The notes under the pieces are model-generated. The model was not told the origin of the DNA. It made no database searches and saw nothing but the letters and a program-made list of their open reading frames with translations. The translations under genes and the position numbers were made by a program. From Paraspadella gotoi (taxonomy: Eukaryota > Animalia > Chaetognatha), in the NCBI GenBank assembly GCA_051294375.1, contig CM119263.1, positions 18,500,628 to 18,564,627 on the forward strand: a DNA stretch of 64,000 nt, given 5' to 3'. The first letter of the stretch is position 1, and every line of letters begins with the position of its first letter. Shown piece after piece: positions 11,297-24,585 of the stretch.

Positions 11297-14200
11297 TCTC
11301 TTCGAGATTGTTGTTTTAGCAAGAGGACAAAACGCGCCGAGGAGAATCCCAGCCGGTTGAGCTGACTACTTTTGCGATGCCACTCGACCACTCCAAAACG
11401 CGATCAACCTCCCCCCATCCAAAAAATCCTCTCTCCTCCTAACCAGCCAAAAAAAAAAATGACTCCGGATGTAACTCAGTTCCATAGATTTTCGTCGAAT
11501 AATCCCTCCCGATTCATTTGAAAAAAAAAAAAACCCGTATGTAAAGAGGAAAATTTGGGAAAGCGAGATTGAAAGAAATCGGGACGGATAATAAACAAAC
11601 CCGGAGAATTAAATCCTCGTTTTGGCGAAGACAGAAAGGAAGGAGGAAAAGGATCGTTTTAGAGGCGGTGAAAAGATGGGAGGGAAAGGTGAAGTGGGAT
11701 GGGGTTGGGTTGGGTGGGGACGGAGGCAAGGAGAAGAAAGAAAAGGAAGAAAATACTAATTATACGTCTGTGGTACAGCAGACTTACAATTTAAATAATG
11801 AGATCGCAATGCTTAATGTTAAGTGAGACTTGCGAACGCTCAACTTCGGCCAAGTGTTCACAAACCCCCTACGGATCGATTTTCGATCAGAATCGACGAC
11901 AATGTCGAGCCCACTGACGTTTCGCCATCGCGACTTTTCGGCCCAAACCAGCTCGTGGGCGTCGAGGGTTTTGCCGGAGATTCTCCGCATTCGGCGCTGC
12001 CGAGAAAAAACACCCGGCGCCTGGAAGAAACTGGAGAGATGGAAATGGAAAACTTGGTTTTATAGAGGGAATGAAATTCAAGAGAAGCGAAAAAGGGGGC
12101 ATCCAGAAAAAAAAAAAAATAGAGGATTTTTGCTCTCTCTTTTCTCGTTACATCAGAATTGGAGAAGAAAAAGCTCGATACGAATTTGCGCCCTTTTTTT
12201 TCCCTTTCTTTATTTCGGGGTTTGTGAAAAAATGGATCGATATGAAAAAATATGAGAGCATGCTCGTCGAGATAGATGAAGATACTTATTCAAGAAATAT
12301 TTTCAGAATCGTTCTCGTATTCGAAAGCAATAAAATATTTGCTTTTGGAAAAAATTTAAGAATAAATTAATAGTAGTCGTTAATATTGAAAAATCTGAAA
12401 TTGATAACAGGTCAGGGTGATTATTATCTTTCCTTTTTTTTTAAGTAAACGGGAAACTAGAATAAGCCACGGTATGTAATATTTTTTCAGATCGTAAACT
12501 TTGACGTTATGCGTGTCGTTTTATTACCCATTGAAATTTAATATCAAGTTTCATATTTTCCTGTGCATGAACATACTCGTTTTTTTATCCCTTGCAATAA
12601 ATCCTTTTTTCCCGTTTGTACAATATTCGATTGGATTTTTCTCCTTCTCTAACGGGAGTTTGTGCGACAGTCCGATCTGACACGAAGTGTTGACATTTGT
12701 TTGCCTGAAACTGATCGGCTCGTAAATCAAGAATATTCATCCGCCTGCTTTTCCATGATATAAGTCCTTGTGGTAATACCGCCAAGATTCTTATTCCTGA
12801 TGTCTATTTTTCTTTCTCTTAATTAACATATCTTGAACCTATTTTTGACATAAACTTCCTCCGATTATTGTTTGGTTCTTCATGACTGTTGCCCTATACT
12901 CTCCTTCTACCACCAACTTTGGGTGTCTTCCTCCTTGCCTCGGAACCTAACTATTCGCCCATCTCCATCCTAAAATTCCCCGCGGACTCCAATCCCATCT
13001 CACCCCAACCCCACCACACCCCAGCCCCAAAGCCCAACCACCCCAATTAAACCACACCGTTCGGTAGCTGAGTCTCGTTCCTCTCGAATACCGTCGAAGG
13101 TCCTTCCCAGACGAGAGACCGCTGCTGACCGCGAAAGTAGGTCAACAACTATTTGATACTGAAAATTGTTTAAATTCGAAATCGATGCGTATCGCCTTTC
13201 AACTATGAATTTAAGCAAAAAACAATACTCGTTTACCTTGTTGTAAGCTCCCAGGCCGATGCAATGTGGATAAGCTGATGGGAGTGGCCCCAAGACATCG
13301 GAATTTTCCCAGGAAAAATCTTTCTGGTCATTTGGGCTTGTAAGTTTTATGATAACAAAGTGTTGTTGATGATTTCGTTACCCTACAAACCTAATTCAGA
13401 AATTTCTATACTTAACAGGTGAACATAATCAACTAGCCATTAAAAACCAACGCGAGTGACTGAGAAATCTCGTTGGCTTCCGATTGGAACGTCGCAAACA
13501 GACGAAACGTCTTGAATTGCCGTATTCATTTGTGAAAGTTTGGCCAATGCAGAGATCAGTATCGAAAAAGGAGGAGAACCGCAGAAAACCTGATGTAAAG
13601 AAAAAAGATAATAAGTACTCATGTGAGAATTATTGAAAAAGAAAGTAAAAGAGATAACAACGTCGAGAAGAGGAAAAAATAAGGGGCCATAAATTAAGGG
13701 GAAAAAACGAGATGGAAAAAAAACCGGGAAGCTTATGCCAAGTTCTTATTGTTTAAACTTTGACTCCACCTTTTCAAGGTGGTCCATCTCTTGACAGTAG
13801 CGTTGAGGGCGTCGACGACCGAATTGGCACTAACTGAAGGTGGCAAACGTTCGTAGAGAGCGGCGAAAGGTCCGGGTGCTTGCGAGGACGAAGGCACGGC
13901 GTCACAGAGCGCGCACCACCAGACTGGAGGGTTTGCCTGAGTTTGGGTGAAAAAAAAAAGTATCAATGTGAGAAATGAATATGACTGTGCTGAAGATTAA
14001 GTAGAGAGATAATTATAGTATATACTTAGTACTTAGTGAAAGTAGTTCTTGTTATGAAGACTAGTCAAAGTAAAATAAAAGTTTGAATTTATCAATATTT
14101 GCTGTCACATATTCTAAGGCATAGTGAAATAAATTGAAAATTTGATTTGATGAAACAATTTATTTCCATTTTTATTGGCATTCCTCTCTTCACTTCGACT

Positions 14201-15555
14201 GGGGGTAAAGTAAAACGAAAAAACTGCGGTGCAATTACAGCGGTAAATGCCAGTGAAGAACGGCTGATGCACAAGAACGCGGGAGAGATTCGCGCCCTCA
14301 AATGAAGAGAGATTGTGGAGGAATTCGAGGGCGAATATGAGAAAATAAATAGGAGATCGTGGCGAGGCACGTACAAGCTGGGAGGGTTGATGGGTGGATG
14401 CAATGAGAAGAAGAGAGAGAGAGAGAGAAGATGATGAGAGAAGAGAGAGAGAGAGAGAGAGAGAGTAGAGAGAGAGAGAGAGAGAGATGAGTAGTAAAGT
14501 GATTTGGGCGTATTATGTTCAAACCAATGTAAGTGGACCCGAACCATATCAAAATAATTATTAACATCCTTTTTAAGATTTAAAGATGAATATACATTGT
14601 TAGCTAAGACTTATTGATAATTAATCAATCTAATCCAATCACATCAATCAATCATATCAATCAATCAATCATCATCAATCAATCATCAATCAATCAATCA
14701 TATCAATGCATCAAGTCATCATCCATAAATCCACACTGATCCCTGCGTAGTCGAATGAGAAGAAGACCTGCCTCGCCTTCAACGTCGCGGAAGTTAAAGA
14801 GATGCGCTCAGGGAGGAGCAGCCCAAGAGTCCGAACAACTCCGCAGCGGCCAGTAAATAGGCAGCGGCAATCTGCTGCGTAGTTCCACCCCTCGTAATCG
14901 TCGGCGTCGCCCGTCGAACGCCACAACCCGTCACGTGACAGCGCGACGTGCAACGCTTGCCTACGTTGCGTAGCAGAGAGGAAGAAGTGAGTCAGAAGAT
15001 TGAGCGTCTCGTTGCAGGGAGAGATAGCTGGCGGAGCAGGCGGCGACCCCCGCAGCCGGGTGACGGGTAGCTGAGGTTGGATCAAAGCGAAATGGTTTAT
15101 GGTACTTATTTATGTATCAATTCGTAAACCAATTGCATAAAAAATTTTAAAAAGTAGCGGCAAAAGTGAGAGTATTGAGTTTTTTTTTCTTACCCGGAAA
15201 GCTATTGTGAATTCCCGCACGGACTCTGGGAACTTCCGAGGCGGGATAGATGGCGAAATCGATGAAGTTGACGGAGTTTGTTGAGGAAACTCAGGGGCGT
15301 TGGTAAGTTGTTGGGGTGTGGAGTGAGATTCGGAAGTTTTGTGTGGAAATTGGAGGATGAAGTCGCACGATAAGGTCTCTGGAAGCGGGCGCCACTTTTT
15401 ATTCTAAATCACTGAAACGAAATATATACATATTCAAATAGTTAATGAAAAGTAATAGTCTACTAAAGGTCTTTCATTTTCTCGTTTTAATAATAAGTAT
15501 TTTACCAAAATAAAAGTTATAGAGAGATTTAGAGTGGTCATAAGAGAGAAGAAAT

Positions 15556-15586
<31 letters not shown>

Positions 15587-16890
15587 GAAGAGATGAGAGA
15601 GAGAGAGAGAGAGAGGAAGGAGGAGAAAAAGAGCTCTTATTTTTGCGTCGATATCTGGCAGATGATAGAAATGAGTCCATGAATTCCCGTCAAACTTTGA
15701 AAAAGAAAGGCGAATTTAAACAAAAAGAAATCAAGGATAAAAAATTCTTCCTGAAGTTCTTAATCAAAACTCTTCACTTTTTTTATAAACTGTCGCCCAT
15801 TTTTTCGGAGAAGACAATGTTAAAAGTTAAAAAGCTTGTATTTAGTCATAATATTCGTAATTCCGGTGACGGGCGCAAACTCAATTTAATCGGTCTCTAG
15901 AACTGTTCAAGATATAGAATTTAATATAGAACAAAAATAAGGGAATTACCAATAAAACGTTAGAAAAAGTTATTTTTACGTTTTTCCGCTTACCTTATTT
16001 TAGAAAATAGAATCTTTCCTAGAAGAGCAACTTTGGTTTATTTTACGGAACTTTTGCACGTTGCCCAGGAGCGCGAAGCTCTATGAAAGAGATTCCAAAT
16101 TTTGTAAAAAAATTTACTTCAGCGTCTTTGCCAAGAAACCATCTCCTTGCTTTACGATACATCCCAACATTTCCTTCACAACCACAGCTCATTCCATCCC
16201 AAGATTTTCATCACCAACGACTCCTTCCAAAACCACGGTGTAGATTTAAGTCGCTAAGGCAACAGGAAAACAATCATTAAAAGCACAATTCCCCGACAAT
16301 CCTCCCCGCCCCGACGACAAACCTTTGGTCTCAGATCTCATCTTTTACCGCCGAAAAATCTCAGGAAAAGATTTTTTTAAATCAATGCATAGACTTTTAT
16401 CTCTTTTTTTTAGTTTGAAAAAATGAAAGAATAGATAGTGTACTGGTTCCATTAACTAGGAAGATATAAAAATAAAAATAAATAAACAAAACTAGAAAGA
16501 AAAACATTAATGAAAAAAAATTTAAAACAAAGGCGTACAGAAAGGAAAACATACATAAATAAGTGGAATATTTTTAGACAATAGTCCAATAATGTTACAT
16601 AAGAGAAAAATTTTCCAACATAAGTTTTATAAATTAAACAGTAATAGTTTTCTCACTTGCTAACGCCGGATTTTAATATGTGTGGTCGTGGTCGGGGCCT
16701 TTCGTCCCTAAAACCAGCCGTGCACTTTTTCCCAACAAAAAAAATAAGATAAAAAAAAAGAATGAAAAAAAAGAATATCTGGCCTGCCAAAGACAAAAAG
16801 AAATACTCTCGCTTAGCATGAAGTACCGACTAATTTGATTATTTGTAATTAAGTGAGGATAAATGATAATACGGTACAAGCAAAAGAAAG
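11297..16890 (+). repeat. Direct duplicate of ~284-5760 (block A)
   Basis: Collinear match, e.g. aagaggacaa..cgcgccgaggagaatcccagccggttgagc at 310 and 11321, and gataatacggtaca at ~5724 and ~16865. Starts immediately after a 25-N gap. Confidence 0.95.
12970..15395 (-). other. Second, indel-riddled copy of the PAQR gene (probable assembly duplicate rather than a true pseudogene)
   Basis: All exons and introns of 1932-4285 recur in order. Differences are mostly 1-nt indels spread evenly across exons and introns, and the ATG reads GTG. It lies inside the duplicated block 11297-16890. Confidence 0.8.
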
Positions 16891-17016
16891 AACAGAAGAA
16901 GAAGAAAAGAAGAAAGAAAGAAAGAAAAAAGAAAGAAAGATAAGAAGAAGAGAAGAGTAAAAGAAGAAGAAAGATAATGAAGGATTAGAAGAGATAGAGA
17001 GAGAGAGAGAGAGAAA

Positions 17017-17064
<48 letters not shown>

Positions 17065-17300
17065 AGAGAGACTTGATCCTAAATTTGTTTTTCGATTCAC
17101 TATAAAGTGGGAAAAGTGATCCGGGATTTAAACGAGGAAGTGCTAATGGATATTTAACAGAAATTTTCGAAAAGATTATTTTGCTTCACTTGATTTCGTC
17201 TTGAGTTATATTGAAAAAACATTTTGAAAATAAGTACTTTGTTCAAACAAACGTCAGTAACTTATAACAAAGTAAAAGAACTGTTTTAAATTAAAAATTT

Positions 17301-17342
<42 letters not shown>

Positions 17343-17696
17343 TCCTCTCTCTCTGCTCTCTCACAAAATTGCCAGCAATGTGAAAAAAAAAGAAGATGAC
17401 GCGCGTTGAAAATACATAAATAATTACGACGAATGTAGTGAATGAGAGACGAGTTTCTGCGATTATTTTCATCTTGATTGTCGATGTGCTTTTCTCCCAT
17501 TTTCTCTTTGTAAAGGGTCCAATTTCCCTTTTTTTTTTTTTCTTTGTAACGAAAAATTAAGCTCGCGTATTAAGCCCCGGAACCCGCATCGAAGCATCTC
17601 CGATAAAACTTTGCAGGCTCATCGAAACTACCGGCGTCCGGCTTTGACAGCTGTTGCCGGTTTCAGCTGAAGAGGAGAGAGGAAAATAGAGAGAGA

Positions 17697-17776
<80 letters not shown>

Positions 17777-18717
17777 AAGAGAGAATTTCAAAGTACGACG
17801 AAAAGGTTTGACGTAGTCCTTTGCACTAAGATATTTTAAAGGGAAGAATAAATTTAAAAAAACTGGTCGAAATTTCTCTTTCAATCCAAAAAAAAAAGGA
17901 AATCGATTAAACAGAAGACGAAGACAACGACAACGACTTCAATGAGGACGATGATGACAGTTACGACTTTGATGACAGAGACGATCAAAAATTAGAACAA
18001 CAGCGACAAACGACGACAACAACAACAAAATCTCGGTTCCTTGTGTCGACCATAATCTGTGAAATCGAAATCATTAAAATTTAAATTGGGTTTTGGTTTC
18101 TGTTGGGAGAGAAGGCAGAGCAAGATATTGTCAGTATTTGAGATGTTAACATTGAGAAAAAGTGTATAATTTAACAAGTAATAAGGAAAATATTATTTTT
18201 TAGTTTTTCTTTTTGTCTCAGATTTTACTTTGATGTCAGCATTTTAAGGTTTAAACTCCAACAGATCATTGATAATAAATTGATGCCGATTTAATGTCAA
18301 ATTTCAAATGTCAAATACAAATTAAGTAGAAAAAGTAATAGTAATAGTGGCCGCATCTTTGGTCGACACGTGACCTTCTCGAACCGGCAGACTTCTTAAG
18401 AAGGCGTCATAAAACAAAAACTTTCTAGTTTATATCCTTTTTTTACGTTTTTCTGAGGGAATGTTTTGGATTTAGATACTTTGGCGTTTACTTCTTCACC
18501 TTTGGCCCCTGTTAAAAACAAAGTACGTCAGGAAGAAAGAAAACAAAATAAAAAGCAAAAACAACACGAAATACAAAACTTGCGCCGCAAAAATCAATCT
18601 GTTTTTTGTTGTTTTTTTTTGTTTGTTTGTTTTTTTGGTCTTTTTTTTTACTCTTTTAAGTTTCTCAGTTTGTTTTCGAACTTTGAAAGCAAAATATTTT
18701 ATCCCCGATATTCGTTC

Positions 18718-18783
<66 letters not shown>

Positions 18784-19865
18784 ATCTCTCTGTGTGTGCC
18801 TCTCTCGTATCATTTTTACGGTAATTTTTTCCGCTTGACTTAAAAACAGAAATTTTGAATTGTTTGTTACGAGGGGCGGATACTAACGATATGTTGCCCT
18901 TGGGGAAAAAAAAGTACCGACAAAGACGCCACCGACTATGACGACGACAACGACGACGAAAAAAAACGACAATGTAACCGACGGCTTTGACTTTTTAGAG
19001 AAGACGACGACGACAAAAATGACAATGCCGACAGAGCTCAAACTAAAAGCGACGATGGAGGCAACCACAACAACAACGACGACGACGACGACAACTTCCT
19101 TGGCGGCCGCCAATTCCCCTAATGAAGCAAATTTTCACGACCAGAGTAAACAAACGTTTTTCGAGCCGAAGAGATAGAATAAAAAAAAAAGATGAAAAAA
19201 AAGGATAAAAAGAAAAAAAGAAAGAGAAGAGAATGAAAGGATTTTCAATGAAGAGAAAAAAAAAAGGGAAGAAATAAAAGGTTCGTTTCGAATCGCGGAT
19301 GAAACGAGAGACGCTAGCGATTTTGTTTTGCATTAATGAAGGCGCGAGCGTACCTTTGGCGATTCCTGAAGGGATTTTCGTTTAAAAGCCACGGCGTTTT
19401 GTTGTTGTTGTTGTCATTGCGGTCTGTGAGGCGGAAGGAAGAGTGGTTTGGGTAGGAGGGAGGTATAAACGCTTGAGTTCAAAGAAGATAGCATTTAGTT
19501 TATTATTTTGGTTATTATTATTATTATTTTTGTTTATTATTTTAAAAAGATTTTTAAACGTCTTTCACCTATAAGTAAAACTTTTGAGTCGAAAAGAATT
19601 TGGATGAAAATTTAACAATTAAATTATTGGTCTAGTTTAATAACTTTACATTTTTTATTAAATTGATAAAGTTCCCATCTATCAAGGATGCTCTCATGTT
19701 CGTATCAAACTTTTAAAAATTTCCACTGGTGTCGCACTAGATCGGGATTGAAAACAAAAGAACTTCGCCGAACTATTTTTTTCTATGAATTTTTATAAAG
19801 CTCAACACAATTAATCGTAGTAGTAACTAGTAATTATTACGAACTTTTTCAAAAATAAAAATATC
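16890..19865 (-). repeat. Inverted duplicate of ~8100-11056 (block C)
   Basis: Reverse-complement match throughout, e.g. 17071 acttgatcctaaatttg vs ~10925-10941, and ~19840 cgaactttttcaaaaataaaaa vs ~8105-8127. Confidence 0.93.
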
Positions 19866-19866
19866 T

Positions 19867-22356
19867 CGTTGTTGTCTCGGTTCGTATTTGTGTTGTCGTT
19901 GTTTTTCGTTTAAAGGGACTCATTTGATACAATTTTGTCTCCGCCATACAATATCATGTCGACCAAACTCACTTGATGAAGCGATAGCTTGATTAACTTT
20001 CTCGAACTTTGCTTGTTTTTGTCAGTATGTTATCGTTGGGCATCCATAAAAGTTAAACCCGCCTATAAGCATGAGTTAATCATCATCAAGCTCATGACAT
20101 TTAGGTACGATGTATCGATCCCCAATTGGTAACTACCCAGCGTGAAGCGTGAGGACGGCCGTTAACCGCCTTTGGGGGCGAGGAATATCCCCAACCCGGG
20201 TTCCAAGCCCACGGACCCGTTCCATTGCTGCTCGAGGCGGGCAATCGAAGTCTTCAGCCCACTTAGCTCCGTTATCCACATTATATACAACAAATATAAA
20301 AACTGTTCAAAACATAATAGAAAAGATTATCTTGTCTCCTAATGAGTATTCTGGGGTTAAGTTCTCCATCCATTTCACATAGAAAGAGCCCGAGTGTTTT
20401 CTATCAATGAAGTGAAGAATATTTTTTCTTTTTTTTTATAACCACGACGAAATTCGCGATTACAAAAGTCTGCTTCAGACCGGGGATCGAACCCGTCAAC
20501 CAGCATCCACGGCCTCGTTGTCGCGGATCCCTGAGCTAATAACTGGCGGAGCGCATGTCACTGGGACCGGGACCCGGTTTATGTTTGTTGTCGGTTTTAC
20601 TGGAAAATAAACCAACAGAAAAACTCTGGCGCGTAGAACAAAACAAAGCAAAGAAAGAAACGCGAAAATGACAAAAAAAAAATGGGGTGGGAGAAAAATG
20701 GAATGGACAGTAGAAGAAAAGAGAAGAAAGAGAAAATTATTCAAAAAGAAAGAAAAGGAAAAAAAAAAAAGAAAAGAAAGAAGTTTTATAATAAAAAAAA
20801 TAAATAAGGAAATTTAAAAAAAAAAACGAATCACGAATATGAAACAGAATTTAAGGACCAACGATATTATATTGTTATTTAAAAACTGAAGTATAGTTAT
20901 TACAGAAACCGTATTCATTTTTTCATTATTTTAGGCCGTGACTAAATTAAAAACACAATTATCGTCGGACGATCTATTTTTTAAAAAATAGAAACATCGT
21001 CATCACTTTTTTTTCGGAATTATTTTCATTCATTAACCTTCGTCCGTCGTGTCGTTCGTCGTCGTACGTTCGGCCCCCTTTTTCTTCTCCACCGCCATCT
21101 ACGCTTAATGTCCCATCCGCGCTAAATCAGTTCGCTGAAACAACGAGCGTCGTTTTTCGCTGACTTGAGATTCAGGTTGCCGAGTTCAAGACGGGAGTGT
21201 TAGTACCGGGGTTCTTTACATGGGGGTTGCTGAAATATTAAAATAAAAGTGTGAGTCATGTTGAATCTGGGAGTTAACAGTTTCTTAAGCGATGTTATAC
21301 GTTAATATGTTATATATAATATCCACTCATGCGTGTGGTATGCAGTGAACCAAGGCCACATTATTTACGTAGGATTGTTCTCTCAGTGAAAGCCAAGAGT
21401 GAACCTTTGGCACGCCCAGAGTCAGGATGGCACGCGGCAATGGGAAAAGGTAAGGATTATGGCGTAGCGATGGAGGAAGACGGAGGAGGTGAGAAAGAGG
21501 GGACGGTTAGGGAGGAGAAAAAATAGAGCTAGAGGAGGAGCAAAGGAGCACGGAGCAGGGAGCAGAAGAGAATGATGAGGTTTATGGAACCGGCGGTTAC
21601 CAATGGTGGCGAAGGATCCCTTATTCCTCGCGGACGTTTTGTTTCCCTTAAGCTTCCGAATCAAGGCGGGGCGCTGAATGAGCGAGGAAAGACGGGTGGA
21701 AAAGGGCGGCGAGGGGGTGGCTCATAAGTAAACAAGGCGCTGTCAGACAGGCGAAGAAAAGAGTGAGGGAAGAGAAATGGAGGAAAAAGGGAAGAGAAAT
21801 GGACTGGGAGGCAGAGTGAAGAGAGAGTAGTAAAGGGTGTAGACTGATATCTAAAATGAATGTATTAATTTGACGGTGCCTGGACGAAGAAGTTGTGAGC
21901 ATGAAACACAAATCAGCCTAATTGCCTTAAAAAAATAGGAATCAATTATTTGGCATGAAATATTAATAATTAAAATTAATTAACAACGCCAAAAAACTGT
22001 TTGAAAAATTTTACATAACCTATTTTTCACAGAACTCACATTAAGCTTCCAATTAATTATGAATCGTTGAAATGCATGAAATAATTGTTTTTCAAAATAG
22101 GGAGTGATTTTTTTAGTGACTAAGCAATTTCGTAGTGGGATTTACAATTCAAGTTTTATTATTTTTTGCCAATATTTCGCATTCTTATGGTCTAATAATT
22201 TTTTCAAGAGTGAACAGTAAAGTAGTAATAACAGAAAAAAAACAGGGAAAGTGAGAGAGAGAGAGAATGAGAGAGAGAGAGACGAGAGAGAGAGGAGAGA
22301 GAGAGAGAGGAAGAGAGAGAGAAGAGAGAGAGAGATAGAGAGAGAGAAGAGAGAAA
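19867..22356 (+). repeat. Direct duplicate of ~5764-8100 (block B)
   Basis: Begins gttgttgtctcggtt as at 5764, is collinear to the (AG)n tract and ends at a 25-N gap. Confidence 0.93.
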
Positions 22357-22381
22357 NNNNNNNNNNNNNNNNNNNNNNNNN

Positions 22382-24585
22382 TTTTTTCTGTTATTACTAC
22401 TTACTTTCACTCTTGAAAAATTATTAGACCATAAGAATCGAAATATTGGCAAAAAAATAATAAAACTGAACTTGTAAATCCCACTACGAATTGCTTAGTA
22501 CTAAAAAAAATCACTCTATTGTTGAAAAACAAATTATTTCATCATTTTCAACGATTCAATCTATTATTGGAAGCTTAATGTGAGTTCTGTGAAAAATAGG
22601 TTATTTAAAATTTTCAACAGTTGTTTGGCGTTGTTAATTATTAATTATTAATTATTTCATGCAATAATTGATTCCTATTTTTTTAAGCAATTAGCTGATT
22701 TGTGTTTCATGCTCACATTCTTCCAGGTCACCGTCAATAATACATTCATTAGATATCAGTCTTACCCCTTTACCTTTGACTCTCCTCCCATTTCTCTTCC
22801 CTTTTTCCTCATTTTCTCCCCACCTTTTTCCCCCCCCCACCCCTGCCCCTATTCCACCCTTCTTCCCCTCATTCAACCCCGCCTTGAATTCGAAGGCTTA
22901 AGGGGAAACAAACGTCCCGAGGAATAAGGGATCCTTCGTCACACCTTGGTAACCGCCGGTTCCATAACCTCATCATTCTCTTCTGCTCCTGCTCCTGCTC
23001 CTCTCCTCCTCCTCTTAGCTCTATTTTTTCTCCTCCTACCTCTCCTCCTTTTCACCTCCTCCTCTTCCTCATGCTACGCCATCAATCCTTACCTTTTCCC
23101 ATTGCGCGTCCATCTGACTCTGGGCGTGCAAAGGTTCACTCTTGCTTTCACTGAGAACAATCTCTACGTAAATTGTGGCCCCTTGGTTCACCATACCACG
23201 CCTGAGTCAAATATTATATANNNNNNNNNNAAACTTTAACTCCCAGATTCAACATGACTCACACTTTTATTTTAAATATTTCAGCAACCCCATGTAAAGA
23301 ACCCCGGCTACTAACACTCCCGTTCTTGACTTCGGCACCTGAATCTCACGTCAGCGAAAAACGACGTCGTTGTTTCCAGCGAACTGATTTAGCGCTGATG
23401 GGATTAAGCGTAGATGGCGGTGGAGAGAAAAAGGGGGCCGACGACGACGACAACGACGACGACGAGGTTAATGAATGAAAATAAATTCGGAAAAAAAGTG
23501 ATGACGATGTTTCTATTTTTAAAAAATAGATCGTCCGACGATAATGTGTTTTAAATTTAGTCACGGCCTAAAATAATGAAAAATGAATACGTTTCTGTAA
23601 TCTATACTTCAGTTTTTTAAATAAAAATATACGTTGGTCCTTAAAATTCTTGTTTCATTATTCGTGATTCGTTTTTTTTTTTAAATTTCTTATTTATTTT
23701 TTTATTCTAAAACTCTCTTTTCTTTTCTTTTTTTCCTTTTCTTTCTTTTTGATATATTTTCTCTTTTCTTCTCTTTCTTTCTCCTTTCCATTTTTCTCCC
23801 CCCCCATTTTTTTTTTCATTTCCGTTTCTTTCTTTGCTTTTGTTGTCGCGCCAGAGTTTTTCTGGTTTATTTTCCAGTAAAAACCGACAACAACAACGTC
23901 GTCAGTGACATCCTCCGCCATTATTAGCTCAGAGGATACCGACAACGAGGCGTGGATGCTGGGTTGACGGGTTCGATCCCCGGTCTGAGCAGATTTTGTA
24001 ATCGCGAATTTCGTGGTTATAAAAAAAAAGAAAAAATATTCTTTCACTTCATTGATAGAAAAGCACTCGGGCTCTTTCTATGTGAAATGGATGGAGAACT
24101 TAACCCAGAATATCATGTCAGGAGACAAGATATCTTTTCTATTAATGTTTGAACAGTTTTTATATTTGTTGTATATATGTGGATAAGGCGCTAAGTGGGC
24201 TGAAGACTTCGATGCCCCCTCAGCAGCAATGGAACGGGTCCTGGGCTTGGAACCCGGGTTGGGGATATTCCTCGCCCCCAAGGCGGTTAACGGCCGTCCT
24301 CACGCTTCACGCTGGGTAGTTACCATTGGGGATCGATACATGTACCTAATGGTCATGAGCTGATGATATTACTCATGCTTATAGGCGGGGTTAACTTATG
24401 CAATGCCCAACGATATACATATCTGAACAAAACAAGCAAAGTGAGAAAGTTTAATCAAGCTATCGCTTCATCAAGTGCAGACTCGTTGTCGACATGATTA
24501 TTGTATGGCGGAGACAAAATTGTATCAATGAGTCCCCTTAAACGAAAAACAACGACAACAACAAATACAACCGAGACAACAACCA
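22382..24585 (-). repeat. Inverted third copy of ~5764-8000 (block B), running on into unique sequence
   Basis: Reverse complement of block B. Ends aacaaatacaaccgagacaacaacc (rc of 5763-5787) and continues without a gap into unique sequence from ~24586. Confidence 0.93.

Noticed and set aside
12970-15395. PAQR paralogue or pseudogene from tandem duplication
   Set aside because: Indel-dominated differences evenly spread over exons and introns, plus the 25-N boundary, point to an unpolished read copy.
5764-24585. Giant foldback or TIR transposon suggested by multi-kb inverted repeats
   Set aside because: The arms are ordinary genic/intronic sequence, with no transposase and no target-site duplication; breakpoints coincide with contig ends and gaps.
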